Notes: a model not told the origin generated them from the sequence alone. 56,941 nt of DNA, filler included, from Sphacelaria rigidula (GCA_964200075.2; 4 parts of 4 records of this genome joined end to end with filler, not necessarily neighbours in it); one strand, 5' to 3'. Shown: positions 1 through 11,799, counted from the whole stretch's first letter. Translations and numbers: made by a program.

Positions 1-72
1 CCGAGAATCGAACCCCACAACTCCACCACCAGAAGGTTACGAGGTTACCAACTGGGCCACCGGGGCGACCGG
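1..72 (-). mobile_element. tRNA-derived SINE head (family S1), cut by the contig start
   Basis: The reverse complement has an A-box (TGGCCCAGTTGG) and a B-box (GGTTCGATTC). It resembles the copies at 2445-2585 (+) and 22560-22800 (-). Confidence 0.7.
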
Positions 73-82
73 CTTATACAAT

Positions 83-1496
83 TGTGGAAACAAAATATAG
101 GGCGAGCACTCGAGTCATTGCTTGTTGTGGAAAAAAATAATAGGGCGAGCACTCGAGTCGATGCTCGTTGTGGAAAAAAACTGATAGGGCAAGCGCTCGA
201 GTCATCGCTCGTTGTGGGAAAAATCAACCCCTTTGGGACCGGGCCCCCAGAACGACCAATGAGGCTGGTTAGGACTGACGTGTCTGACGTCTGCACGAAA
301 CAGTGGCATGTTGCTGAAAATCCGCGTATGTAACCGCGGAGTTATGAGGAAGACCGAACGTTTAATCCAATGTATCTTCAGGTGCAGGGCGCGCATTAGG
401 AAATGTACATCTGATGTAGCAAGCAGTATGGATCGCGGTAGAGAGCTTTCAACAGGATGCGGCGATCGGCGGGCCGCCCGCCACTTGTGGCCTCGGATGA
501 TAGTGATGTTCCCATCACCTTGCCACACAGCCCTTCGTGGTCGGGTTGGGCCGCAATTTCCCTCTTTGTTGCAATATACAGTATCTTTTCAAAGGGTATG
601 GGCGTTGCGGCGCACACACATACAGTACAGTGCAGTACAGTAAGTGCAGTACACCTCTCCGACTGCAGCAACAGCTGCCGCTGCATACTCCCTTGCATGT
701 TCTGGGCAGCTCTCAGCGACGGAGATCAGCTGTCTTTACACAGCTTATTCATCCCCGCCCACTACACACATGTTCACAGTGTTCTGCAAGTCATCGGCAG
801 AGGGATAAGCAGTATAATTCTTGACGGTAGCTCCTTTTGTCTTTCCACGGCCCACCTTGATTCAGTGCCTCATGAAAATGACCACATTGTGGCATGTACA
901 CTCCTTCCCGGTTTTCCCACTCCACCCTGTGTTAGTGCAATTACTACGTTCTAGTATAGGCTGGCAACCCCCAACAACTACTGGGAAACCCCGGTAACGC
1001 TATACTGAGTGCAAGTAATACGATCAGCCATGCTCCGAGCACCCTGGCTTTAGAAACCTTGGAAGGCTCATCTGGGCCAAGGATAGGGCCCCCACACGAT
1101 ATTTGCAGTGACATCACACTCGACAACAGTCCCCGCGTTGGTCGTTCGGGTCTGGTCGATAAATTTCGCCTCGCCGTGATTGGGCAGGTCGCTCCCTGAC
1201 TTCTTTTTTCATTATTTCACGAAGACATGGTCACCCTGGTGTCAGTTGGGGGTCGGTCCCATGCAAAGGGGTCAGTTGGGCGAGCACTCGAGTCATCGCT
1301 CGTTGTGGAAATATATTAATAGAGCGAGCACTCGAGTCTTTGCTCGTTGTGGAAACGAACTAATAGGGCGAGCACTCGAGTCATGCTCGTTGTGGAAAAA
1401 AATAATGGGGCGAGCACTCGAGTCACTGCTCGTTGTGTTTTCAAAAAACATCCACGAGTGCACTCGTTTAGATGAGTAATGACTCGTCCGACGTGT
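83..1496. repeat. ~41-bp tandem-repeat element (units at 83-225 and 1278-1440) with terminus ...GACTCGTCCGACG, interrupted by an insertion at ~229-1271
   Basis: Repeated GGGCGAGCACTCGAGTCATTGCTCGTTGTGGAAAAA units. Positions 1418-1495 are the reverse complement of 31520-31600. Confidence 0.8.
228..1271. mobile_element. Possible piggyBac-like non-autonomous insertion
   Basis: Imperfect terminal inverted repeats CCCCTTTGGGACCG and CGGTCCC(ATGC)AAAGGGG, flanked by TCAA/TCAG. It splits the 41-bp array. Confidence 0.45.
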
Positions 1497-1507
1497 GAAA
1501 AACTTAC

Positions 1508-1817
1508 AACAATTTGTTCAACCCACCCACCTGCCCACCCTCCACCTCTTCCCCCCCCTCGTCCTCCTCGTCCTCCTCGTCGGGCTGCCCCTCTCCCTCG
1601 CCGCCGTCGTCGTCATCGTCACCAAGGTCGATGAGATTGAACGTCTTCTTCTCGCCCCGGGAAGGGCCCGCCGAGCGACTATTGGGCGACGCCAGTTTTT
1701 TCTTCTTTGCCTTCTTCTTTGGCGCAGATTTTGCCTCCGCGACGGTGAGGGCGAGCGGGTCGTGTGGTGGCATCGTTGGCGTTGGGGCACCGCCACCCGA
1801 TTGTGTTGGCGCAGCTT
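1508..1817 (-). CDS. Internal exon of an unknown protein with a Lys-rich NLS-like motif and an acidic tract
   Basis: Pyrimidine-rich acceptor ...CACTACAG. The frame reads AAPTQSGG...PKKKAKKKK...DDDDDGGEGEGQPDEEDEEDE. There is a GTAAGT donor at 1507, with alternative donors after 1531 or 1546. Confidence 0.55.
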
Positions 1818-1868
1818 CTGTAGTGCAGGGGAAAGGACAGAGGGAAGGGGAGGGGGGGGGGTAGGGCA

Positions 1869-2268
1869 GGGGGTGTACTCACTATCATGGATGCCATAGT
1901 CATAAGATCGTTGACATCGCATCCCTACAAAGCCGGGACGTTGCACACTGAGTTCTCGCCGGACCAGGCCCCGCAATAAATCATCAAGCGCGAAGCGCCG
2001 TGATGTGTTCGGCGAGTTCCATGAAGGGTGAGCTGCATCCTGCTGAGATTGTTCAGCCCGAAGCATACTAAGTATCTTGAATATGTATGGCAGCGTACAA
2101 TGAGTTACTTCATTTTCTGGTATCTCCGCATACAGAGACGGCCACGTCTTACACACTGCCTCATGGGTATCTCGCCATCTAAACATTGCGGAGTACGACC
2201 ATTCCCTTTACGCGGAGTTGAGGTTTTCTCATACCGCACAAAATGATCTAGCTCGGAACACCATCATG
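1869..2268 (-). mobile_element. Dispersed retroposon-like repeat family R (long copy)
   Basis: Aligns by eye with 4255-4557, 52603-52873, 55473-55872, 56262-56368 and 14262-14320. It has a constant GAGTAC(A/G)CCCC end. Confidence 0.8.
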
Positions 2269-2444
2269 GTTACCGCAAAACGAAAGAAGCGTAACTCAGC
2301 TGGCTGGCTTGCTTGCGCAGTAAGTTAGTGGCGTGTTTACCTGTGTACTGTCGACCTTTGTGTCACATGCCCACGGTCGGGATAATCGTGTGCAGCATAA
2401 TAGTACCCGTGCAAAGACTGTCGTTCTAATTTTGACGCTGAGCC

Positions 2445-2585
2445 CGTCACCTCGGTGGCTCAGTTGATAACCTCGAAAGCTTCTGACGGTGGGGACGTGA
2501 GTTATGAATCTTGGTGAAGTCATGTGGCCTCCGATCTTTCCTCACATCATACTCGACAGAAGCAGTAGTAGACTTAATCGGCGTT
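2445..2585 (+). mobile_element. tRNA-derived SINE (family S1), degenerate
   Basis: GGTGGCTCAGTTGATAACCTCG A-box region. Matches 1-72 and 22680-22800. Confidence 0.6.
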
Positions 2586-4127
2586 GGGCTACAAATGTCC
2601 ATGTGTTGTCGTCTCATCTATTCTAGACGCCGGTCAACACCTTCCGGTACATGGAAGCGCGCCAGCCGGGATCACACAGGAGTTTTCTCTTCATTGTTTG
2701 GTTGACACATTACTTGGTTTGAGTGTATACAATAAGAATCAGATATTTAGGAGGGCTGACAGTCCCGTGTGCTCCTCGCGTGCGCAGAACGCATTTTCGT
2801 TGAAATCGGCGCCCAGGCGCCGATTACGGGTCCACCAAGGCCGCACATTCCCTAGGGAATAATGCTCCGTACCGCCCTTGCCCGAGGGTTCTCGGTATGC
2901 GTTGGGTTGGGGCTACGGTCAGGGGTAGCGATACTTGTAAAATGTGTCAACCATAAACGTTTGTAGCCCAACAGCGGTTAACTAGCCTAAACAGTGTAGA
3001 TCAACTCTTACGTAGTGGTTGAGCATAAAGTTCGACTTCACGGTCGACGAGGAAAAGGGACCGCCGATCATCTTTGGCGATCTAAAGGGGGGCGCAAGCA
3101 TCGCAGAAGGAAGGTGGGGTACAGTACTCGAAAACAAACAAAAAAATTCCCCGTGATGACTCTCCTCTCTGTCTGCTTCCGGCTGATAGGTCCCCATACA
3201 TCCGGAAGGTGTAGGATGTTGTCCATGATAGATAGAATGCACAAAATGCCGGCATTATGTAAACGGTGCGGTCTGAAATTGTAGTCAGCTACTGTTGTAT
3301 GATACATTTTCTTTCTTGTTTTTCGTCACACTTTGAACCCCTCCCCTTTCCTCGGGGTGAGTACTTGGTTCCAAGGGATGATATGAAAATACACCCATGA
3401 AAGAAACGGAAACAAAAAAAAATACTAGAAAGTATGTTTGTATAATACTTGTTCAAATGAGTGAAAATATTATTGAAATCATGGACCAACGCGAAGGACG
3501 CCAGACGTGTCGACACAGCAGAAAGAAAAAAAAATGAAGTAAAATCAACTCTGAATTCTTGCGTAGCTCTCAACCCTGTGAGCCACTGACTGACAAGGAT
3601 CTGGGCCCAAACCTGCAAACCCCCAACGTAGCATGGGTACATACCCCTCGAAAACAGCACATCACAAGACACGACAGACACACACACAAAAAGAAAAAAG
3701 TCTTGTTGAAAAAAAAACATAAATAAAAGAGCCAGATCCAGAATAAGAGATGGGAGCAAGACGCAAAATATAACAGGCAGAGACAAAGGAGGACCCAGTC
3801 CAGATGCTGTCATGGGTCCGACGAATCATCGCTACTTCGACATAACCAGTATTATCTACCATCTCTGGAGCCCAACCACTAGGAATAAATTGAACAAAAA
3901 AAAATGACCACGGGTCAGGAAATTCTTTACTGTAGGCAAATTGGGCGCCATTGGTCGCCGGGTCAAATCACCATACCCACGATATTTCAGACCTGCTTGC
4001 TCGAGAGAAAAAAGTTGGCCGCTGGCCAAGAAGTTCTCCCCGCAACTATTGCGCCATTCCACGTGCCTGGGCTACGCGTGCCTGGCTCGCAACGCTGAAA
4101 ACAAAGCCTAAGGATTGACTCATTGGA

Positions 4128-4230
4128 TCATTGACCACGCATCCCCTTCGAGACGGAACACCGTGCTCACGTATCGAACTCGGGTCCATTTTTTGAGAAA
4201 GAGGGAAATTCACTAATAGACCACGGAGTC
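4128..4230 (-). mobile_element. tRNA-headed SINE carrying the 3' segment of repeat family R
   Basis: On the minus strand, an A-box-like CCGTGGTCTATTAG and a B-box GAGTTCGATAC are followed by CCGTCTCGAAGGGGATGCGTGGTCAATG. That last segment is shared with 28522-28592 and 52885-52956. Confidence 0.5.
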
Positions 4231-4254
4231 AGAGCTCAGGAAAGAGAGGATCGG

Positions 4255-4557
4255 GAGGGGGGGTATACTCATGATCCTGCATGTCATAGTCATATGACCA
4301 TGGACCTCGCATCTCTCCAAAGCCAGGACGGTGCACGCCGAATTTTCGCCGGACCAGGCTCGCAATCAATCACCAAGCGCGAAGCGCTATGATGTGTTGG
4401 GCAAGTCGCATCAAGGGTGAGTTGCATCCTGCTGAGATGGCTCGGCCCGAAGCGTACTGATTATCTTGCATAAGGATGACAGCCTACGATGAGTAGTTTT
4501 ATTTTCTGGTGTCATCACTTCAAAAGATAGTCACGTGTTACACACCGCCTTATGGGT
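4255..4557 (-). mobile_element. Repeat family R, shortened copy
   Basis: Similar to 1869-2170 and abuts a G-run. Confidence 0.8.
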
Positions 4558-5130
4558 GCGGGGATGGGGGGAGATGACCAGATTGTTCATATTGTGTAGC
4601 ACGCTGTTGTCGTGGCTCCAGGGCCTAAAAATTAAGCACAAACTTGCCGTGAGCCACTCCACGATAGTAGAGGTTGAAAATTTCACACCATTTTTTTTCT
4701 CAAAGGAGCCCGTTACCTTGTGGGTAAAAAAAGAGATCGGAGTGGAAAGTAACCGAACAAAAAATAAATGAATAAATAAGCTGTCTACAACGACAACCCC
4801 ACACCCTGGACAACAAACAATACGTCAATTTGCCCGATCATCCCAAAAAGGTGTACTGCGTACAGTCAGTATATAATCTATTGTCTGTTGCAATACATAG
4901 ACGCAATAGTCGACACTATACGCAGAATACACTTCTTGACGGTGTGGCCCATTGCCATTATCCAGAGTGTGGATAACACAGACGGGTACTACATGTAATG
5001 TGGAAGACTCCACACACCTTCCTAGATGAGTATTCATCAATGTGCTGCAAGCTTGGTAGAATGCACAACGTGCAATATGTCCGAGCAGAACAAGCTGCAG
5101 GTGTGTGATTCACGCACAGGTTCACGCGAC

Positions 5131-5480
5131 TGTTGGTCAACAGTGGCAAACAAACAAAGGAGCTCGAAGGCTAGGTATCTTGGTATTCTCTATTTATTAT
5201 TCTCTTGCTCGCCCAGCGTACTGTTCTCACCGAAGGTAAGCAGTAGGTGCAGAGGGTCCAGCTCAGAGAGTGTTCGAGGGTGCATGCAACACAACCCCCC
5301 TGACCTAGGCCCGAGAAGGCGTTCCTCCTCCTCGGGGCTAGGGTCCGCAAGTCTGCATACCAACCTTTCTCAAAACTATGGGAGTAATCGCATGGACAGA
5401 TCGAATGATCTGTAAGTCAACCTGCCTCAAAACTGTCGGAAGGAACAAATAACGCCTCTTTATATTCTTTCCTCATGACA
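5131..5480 (-). mobile_element. Putative 3' LTR of the Gypsy element
   Basis: On the minus strand it begins TGTCATGA immediately after a purine-rich PPT-like GGGTGGGTGTAG, contains AATAAA, and ends ...CCAACA. Confidence 0.55.
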
Positions 5481-6085
5481 CTACACCCACCCAGATGAAC
5501 CGCTATTTGAGTTGCGATGAAATCTCAAGAGCGACTAAAATCAAGGCTTGTCTCACCCATCGAGTCATGAGGAGACAGCGCGAAAAAAAAGAAAAGAGGG
5601 CAATGGCCAGCCCGTGTCCAATCTTCCCACACGACAAACGAGAAAAACCAAAGGTGCCTCGAAAAGCGCAATTACGCAATTGCGGTTCACTGAGCAGTAG
5701 CGCACAATGCTGCTGCGAGCTAGCGAACAGCCGGGAAAACACACACAATGCTTTGACGCGCTAGCTAGATAAAGAGCAAAGGAAAGCCTCGCAAAGGACA
5801 CAGTGGCAATCTCAAGCAGGGAAACAGAAACTCAAGGACCCGAATAGGGTCGAGTGCCAGCCAGACAACGTGGTGGCAGCGTAGAGGCCAATGGAAAGGG
5901 GCGAAGAAGATCGAAAGGAAGGCATCGAAGGGGTCGATGAGGGCAGAGATGAGCCGCGATAGGAGAGCCATAGTAGGTGAAGCAGTGAAGGGGAGAGCGT
6001 ACCTGAATGGGGATAAGGGAAGTACCAGAACCAAACTGGGAGGGGAGAGAAAAATCGCGATAAAGGAAGTGCAAAGAGATAGGAC

Positions 6086-6700
6086 TCAAGATGGTGCATT
6101 GATATCGTGTGTACGATCGATATTGCGCTGAAGGCCTCGGCGTAGGCCGTGTGACTTGAAGCGTTGTAGGCACCAGGAACCGCGACGTGCCGAGTGGCTA
6201 CTCGTGTATAAATCGGCGCGAAGCTCGAGCTGAACGGGCCCAGGGTCGTCGAGGAAACGCACGATGTACGTGTCGGCCGCGGGGGCATCGACGGAGTGGA
6301 TCTGACCTAGCCACCAAAGGTAATCGCTGCCCTTATAACACAAATAGGCACCTTTAGGGAGCGGTTGATTTTTAACGCGAATCTTTTCGTCCCATTGTTC
6401 GGTGGGTACGAGTTCGTAACCATCGGCTACAAAACGTAGCTCCTTGTCGCGGTGGAGTTCGCGGGCTGCAGCACCGCGTCTCATGATGCGACATTTCTTG
6501 TTGTCAGCGAGCTATTCCTGTGGGGATTGCGTCCAATGAAGAAGGATAGCACGACGGTGCAGTTGAAGGTCGGACTCGCGTTCCCAAGAGGCACGCCGAA
6601 GATCTTGCCGATGTGTCTCGCACATAACAGCAATTTTGCCGCCAGGACCTCGAGTGATTTATTGGCCGGAAATGTGGGACACGGCCAAGCGGAGAGGTTG
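6086..6700 (-). pseudogene. Gypsy integrase C-terminal extension: chromodomain-like then Tudor-like module
   Basis: In-frame read-through of two stops gives LAVSHISGQ*ITRGPGGKIAVMCETHRQDLRRASWERESDLQLHRRAILLHW, then PLPKGAYLCYKGSDYLWWLGQIHSVDAPAADTYIVRFLDDPGP. Confidence 0.6.
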
Positions 6701-8000
6701 TTCAGTCATGTCATCGGTGGTAACGTGGTACGGTGGAGATTTTGTTGAGTAGCTGTTGGGCACGTATTGAGTGAGACTTGCAGGCAGGTATTGAGGCATG
6801 TCAGTAGTGTCGTGCGGGTTCGTGCAAGGCTTACAACGATGCACAGAGACGTGAGATTTAGCGTCATGTCCCTGGAGGTCACGAGGTAAATTGAGGTGAA
6901 GGAGTTTGTCGCCAACAGGCTTGCCGTCTGGAGACGTTGGCGAGGGTCCTACTATGAGAATCTTGAACGGACCCGTCAAATCAAGGGACAGTTTGGTCTT
7001 CAAGACTGTTGCATGGGCAGTGCGGACAGCGCCTTGACGGATGGTGGACAAACTGTTGTGGATCCAGAACCAATCACCGGTTTTCCAAGTAGGGCGTTTG
7101 TGCATCAAGTTGTAGAGGACGGTATTGGATCTTTCAAGGCGTGAGGCGTTGATAGCGTGTTGTTCGCGCATCAAGGTGAAAGCCTTGCGCTGACGAGCCC
7201 TGGCGAGGTCGTGGTAGGACATCTGATTCTGTTCAAGACCATGGTGACCATCGAAGGTATGTCTTTCGAAAACGGTGATGGGCAGAGGAGGGTAGCGTCC
7301 AAGATGCAGCTCTTTGGGCGAGAGGCCTGTAGCCGCGTTGACCGGATTGTTGTAAGACAGACGTGCGAAAGATGAAGGTCCCATACATACTGGCGGTCGT
7401 TTACGACCATGGATAGCATTTGAGCCATAGTGTACTTCACACGTTCAGTTCCATCGTTACCGTTAGGGTGGTAGGCGCTCGTGGCAATTTTATGAATGCC
7501 GAGGAGCTTGTACAAAACATCCGAGAGTTCGGAGCATAAGTGTTTATCATTGTCGGAGAGGAGCCGTTTCGGGCAGCCATAGTGCTTAATGTAGCCATGG
7601 ACGATAATGTCCGCTGTGCCGGCAGCAGTGATATCGCTAGCAGTAACAGCATACATAGACGCGTGACGGCTGAAGCGATCGGTAAAAAGCAGAATGTAGG
7701 TATTACCATGGTCAGTGGCGGGTAAAGGGCCGACGTAGTCAAACGATACGAAGTGACCAGGAGCGTTTGGAAGTTCCAGAGAAATCACCGGCCATCGTAT
7801 AGTCTGTCGAGAGGTTTTGCGAGCCTGACATTTGAAACATCGTCAGATCCAAAAACGCGTGTATTATTCCATGCTAATCCACCAATAAGAGCGTTCAAGG
7901 AACGCTAACGTGCGCGTGACGCCCAAGTGGCATGACAAATCAGAGTGACAGTCCTTCATGACCCACGGACGCATCATGATATGGACATCGATGCGGATAG
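6701..8000 (-). pseudogene. Gypsy integrase (HHCC, DDE core, GPF motif), frameshifted
   Basis: HSDLSCHLGVTRT...CFKCQARK; SFDYVGPLP; LFTDRFSR; LLSDND; YHPNGNDGTERV; TGPFKI. Confidence 0.9.
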
Positions 8001-8959
8001 GGGCGTCATGACGCATATGTGCCGGAGTGGCAATTGTTACTGCGGCAGCCGTGCCCAAATGGGAGTTGGATCGGCGAGCAAGCAAATGGACGTCGTCGTC
8101 AGTCGTGAAGATAGTACCTTTGCGTGCAAGCTCGAGCACTTTAGAGGCGGTGGGGGCGGGTAAAGTGCCCACGGGGGTCAGGATTTTAGCCGGGAAAAAG
8201 GTGGGGCAGTTAAGCCGTAAGTACCGCATTGTCGCGCGACAGAGCGGTTCCTGTTGTTGGACGCTAGCCCAATCGCAGTGAGAGTAGCTAGCGAGAAACT
8301 CTCGAAGTTGTCCTTCAGCCGGAGAGCCAACCAAACATGGTGGCTCAGGAAGGTGTGGCACAGGTGAGAAAGCAGGGGTGCCGACGTCAACATCTTGATC
8401 CGGAGGCGGATCGAACGCATGCGTGTCGCGAGTCAGAGGCGCAGGTGCAGGGAGATTCGCAGAAGGCGGCGTGGGGGTAGCGCGAGCAGGTGAACGTGAT
8501 CGGCGCGTTGGGCGCACAAGGGGCGCGGACTTTGTCGGTACAACACTGGGCACGCGACCGGTTGTGGTGGGTGTTGTACGGCTCGTGGGGGCACGAGGCG
8601 GCGGCGACGACGCATTGCTAGAAGCGGCCGACGGCGGCGGTGGTATCAAGGCACGCGAAGAATTTGCATGAGCTGCCGACCGAGAACGCGTGTTGTCGGA
8701 GATGAAGTGAACAGTAGGTGGTGGCGGCGCCGAGATGTTCGCGCGAGGGCCGAAAGTGCGGAAGTCGGCAAAATCAGCAGCTGTGGGCGCTAAACGATCC
8801 AAAACTGCATCAGGGAGCAGGGGGCGGGGGTCCCCCATGTGCACACCTGTTTCAGGGCATTGCAGGCCAAGCGCGTAGATGGGCCTAAAAAAACGCCGAA
8901 TGGGGTAGACGCCTGGTTCATCAGGTTCAGTCAAGCGGCAAGCGGGACTGAAATCTATC

Positions 8960-10300
8960 GCTGTAGGGGGCAGAGGCAATCGCGAAAGAAGGTCAGCATT
9001 GCCGTTGGTTTTGCCCGGACGGTGTTTAACAGTGTACTGGTAAGCAGTCAAGAACTCCAGCCACCGTTGTACGCGGGGGTTATGTTCTCCAACCTTAGCG
9101 AGTTGTGCAAGAGCTCCGTGATCTGTATAGATGTGGAAGGCACGTGGAACAAGTACTGTCGACGCCGTTTAATAGCCCAAGTCATGACTCCGCCTTCGAG
9201 TTCGAGTGGACTCCAGTTTGCCTCGTACGGGAGGGTTGCGCGGCTGATGTACAAAATAGGTCGGACAGAGCCACCCAGTTGGGGCTGATTCAAAACTGCG
9301 CCGAACCCATCTGTGCTAGCATCGATGTGTAGTTGGAAAATACGTGAGCCGTCTTGTACCGCATCCCAATCCGGAAACAAAGAACCGGTTTTTCGGTCAG
9401 TGTTTCGAGCAATTCGCGAACGGTAGCTTCCATTTCTTTAGTGAAGACAAGCGGGACGTTTTTCTTCAATAAATCGGTGATGGGTCGGATCCGCGTGGAC
9501 AAGTTGGGCAAAAATTTGCGATGATAAGAAAGCCCGCCCAACAGCGACCGAAGCTGGGAAATATTGGTGGGTATGGGCATATCAGTCATAGCCTTGACTT
9601 TGTTCGTGTCTGGGTGCAATCCAGCAGGAGAGATAGAGTGTCTAAAAAAATCCAGCTCAGTTGCTCCGAGTCGAGCTTTGGATGGAGACAGTTTCAAGTC
9701 GTGTGTACGCAAGCGGGAGAGGAATTCTCGTTGTGTGCGAACATGCGCCTTGGGGGAGGTATCAAAAGCGATAGCATCGTCTAGATACATACATGATAAC
9801 ATGCTCGAGACCGTCAGTAAAGCGTTGCACGAGGCGTTGAAAGCAGCCAGGTGCGGTGGCAGCGCCTTGTGGTATACGAAGCCATTCATAAAGCCCTGAA
9901 GATGTACAGAACGCTGTCAAGGGAACTGTATCGGGGTGAATTTCGTTTTGGAAAAATCCAGATGCGAGATCGAAAGTGCTGAATATTCTTTCCTTCGCCG
10001 AGAGAGTCGAAGGCTTCGTCGAATCGAGGTATGGGGAGTTTTCCCACGATAGTGACGCGATTCAGCCGTTTGTAGTTCACGGTGATGCGTATGTTGCCAT
10101 ATTTTTTGGGGACGACCACGAGGGGTGAGGCCCATGGCGAAGACGAATGTTAAATCAGGCCAGCTCCTAAGTATGCATCCAAAATAGCATTGACTTTTTT
10201 GGTGAGGAGGGGATTCGTTCGATATGGTCGAGATGAGATGGGCGAAACGCCAGGTTGCAGAGTTATCTCGAATGGTAATGTTTTACAATACCCGAGATCC
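8960..10300 (-). pseudogene. Gypsy reverse transcriptase and RNase H, frameshifted
   Basis: VVPKKYGNIRITVNYKRLN, YLDD, LRSLLGGLSYHRKF, LHIDASTDGFGAVL, WSPLELE and HRPGKTNGNADLLSRLP. Confidence 0.92.
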
Positions 10301-10428
10301 GTCTTGGACCTGGAAAACCTGTCCTGGTGTTCCAGGAGAACATCGTGTAACTCTTGGATGACAGCGGGCTCCCAGCCCGGACCATGTAGGTCGAAATAGA
10401 TATCACGTGAATGAGGTGGAAGTTGGTG

Positions 10429-11799
10429 CTACATTTGCAGGAAGTGCTCCCAAGACTCGACCGACAAGCGTTGAAGCACTTCACCAGGAGGTTCAGCAGG
10501 TGGTCGGTCGGATTCCACCGCAGAAATCCGAGTCGGGGGTGAGGGGGATAGATCAAAGTATGGCTCATCAACGCAGTGAACGTAACCATCGGTCGGCGGT
10601 GTGGGACCAGGCGCCGGAGGGTCGGCTACACGGGTATCCAGAGGAATGTGCATAAGAGGAGCCGCGGCGATGCTCAATAAATCGCCAGGTTCCAAATTAG
10701 CATGGCCTGTGAGAGGCAGGAGTTGTTCGCCGTCCGAGACAAAATGTTCAGTGCCCGCGGGCGCACCAATTTTAGGCAGCAATTCCGCAAGGTAGTGGCC
10801 GGTGAGGGCAGGCATACCGTTGCGGCGAACAAGCAAAACTTCAAAGAGTTGAGGCTCGTCGGAAAGGGTGACGCCAGAACTGCCATTGTACCGAAGGTGG
10901 TAAGCCGCTCCGGTACCCTGCTCATTCTTTTTGTAGGCTAAGGCACCACTGAGGGTACCAACGTGTTCTAGTTGAAGTTCTCCACGAGGCGCCGACTGAG
11001 GCGATAATCGTAGGAGGGTGCGGTACGTACGTTGGTCGAACCACATGTAGCTATCTCTGCCAAGAAGGAGAGCATGATGCATGGTGCGATCAGGGACGAT
11101 GTAAGCCCAGATTGCGAGACTAGCCGAACGTGTATCATTGTGGAAAAATTGCACACTAAGACGAACAGATTTTCGTGTCGTCAAGGGTGTTTTGGAGTCG
11201 CCGAAACCGCCCCAAACGCGAGGTTGGGTGGTGATTTCGCAAACATCGGAAGCAGCAGCGCTAGTCTGCTTCATGTGATTCCACATGGATTCTTTGATGA
11301 ACGTCTGTGGACTGCCGCTGTCTAACAACGAGACGCACTTGGCGCGCGTGGTGGCGTAAGGGCCGCAGTGCAATGCTACGCGGGTAGTGAAAGTGGCAGG
11401 ATCAACGGGCACTTTACCACTAACGAGGTCAGGGCCACGTTCAGATAACGTGAATTGGTCAGGATTAGTCGGACTAACCGTGAAGACGGATGGCGGGTGA
11501 TCCGCGGGGGGTTCAAAGGTATCAGTAGACAACGCGGGGGCGTGATTCGATCGTGAAGGACAGCGTGAATCAGGGTTTTGACCAATCTCGTAAATGACTG
11601 GCTTGGAAGTACAGGGGTCATCATTGAAGATAGATTGCTGCGAAGTGCCACGGGGGTCATCAGTGGAGGAAGCGGTACCGTCTGAAAGGTTCGATTTAGA
11701 TTCCTCTTGGATGCCTGACAATGTCCTCGAGCTCACAGTCGCCGCTTTTTGGGGAGAATGAGGTCGGAATTTTCCGCTGACGGGAGGGGTACGTGTCAA
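10429..11799 (-). CDS. Gypsy pol N-terminal part with retropepsin-like aspartic protease
   Basis: 456-aa ORF with an LLDSGSPQTFI catalytic motif and an ALLLGRD motif. Confidence 0.85.
   Translation of the reverse strand: MTRTPPVSGKFRPHSPQKAATVSSRTLSGIQEESKSNLSDGTASSTDDPRGTSQQSIFNDDPCTSKPVIYEIGQNPDSRCPSRSNHAPALSTDTFEPPADHPPSVFTVSPTNPDQFTLSERGPDLVSGKVPVDPATFTTRVALHCGPYATTRAKCVSLLDSGSPQTFIKESMWNHMKQTSAAASDVCEITTQPRVWGGFGDSKTPLTTRKSVRLSVQFFHNDTRSASLAIWAYIVPDRTMHHALLLGRDSYMWFDQRTYRTLLRLSPQSAPRGELQLEHVGTLSGALAYKKNEQGTGAAYHLRYNGSSGVTLSDEPQLFEVLLVRRNGMPALTGHYLAELLPKIGAPAGTEHFVSDGEQLLPLTGHANLEPGDLLSIAAAPLMHIPLDTRVADPPAPGPTPPTDGYVHCVDEPYFDLSPSPPTRISAVESDRPPAEPPGEVLQRLSVESWEHFLQM

Noticed and set aside
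1-72. Functional tRNA genes here and at 2445, 22170, 26462 and 31120
   Set aside because: A/B boxes are present but no clean cloverleaf was seen. Most continue into a shared repeat body, so they are SINE heads.
1518-2186. 222-aa ORF
   Set aside because: It is a chance fusion of repeat family R with an off-frame reading of the 1508-1817 exon. Other R copies have stops or frameshifts in this frame.
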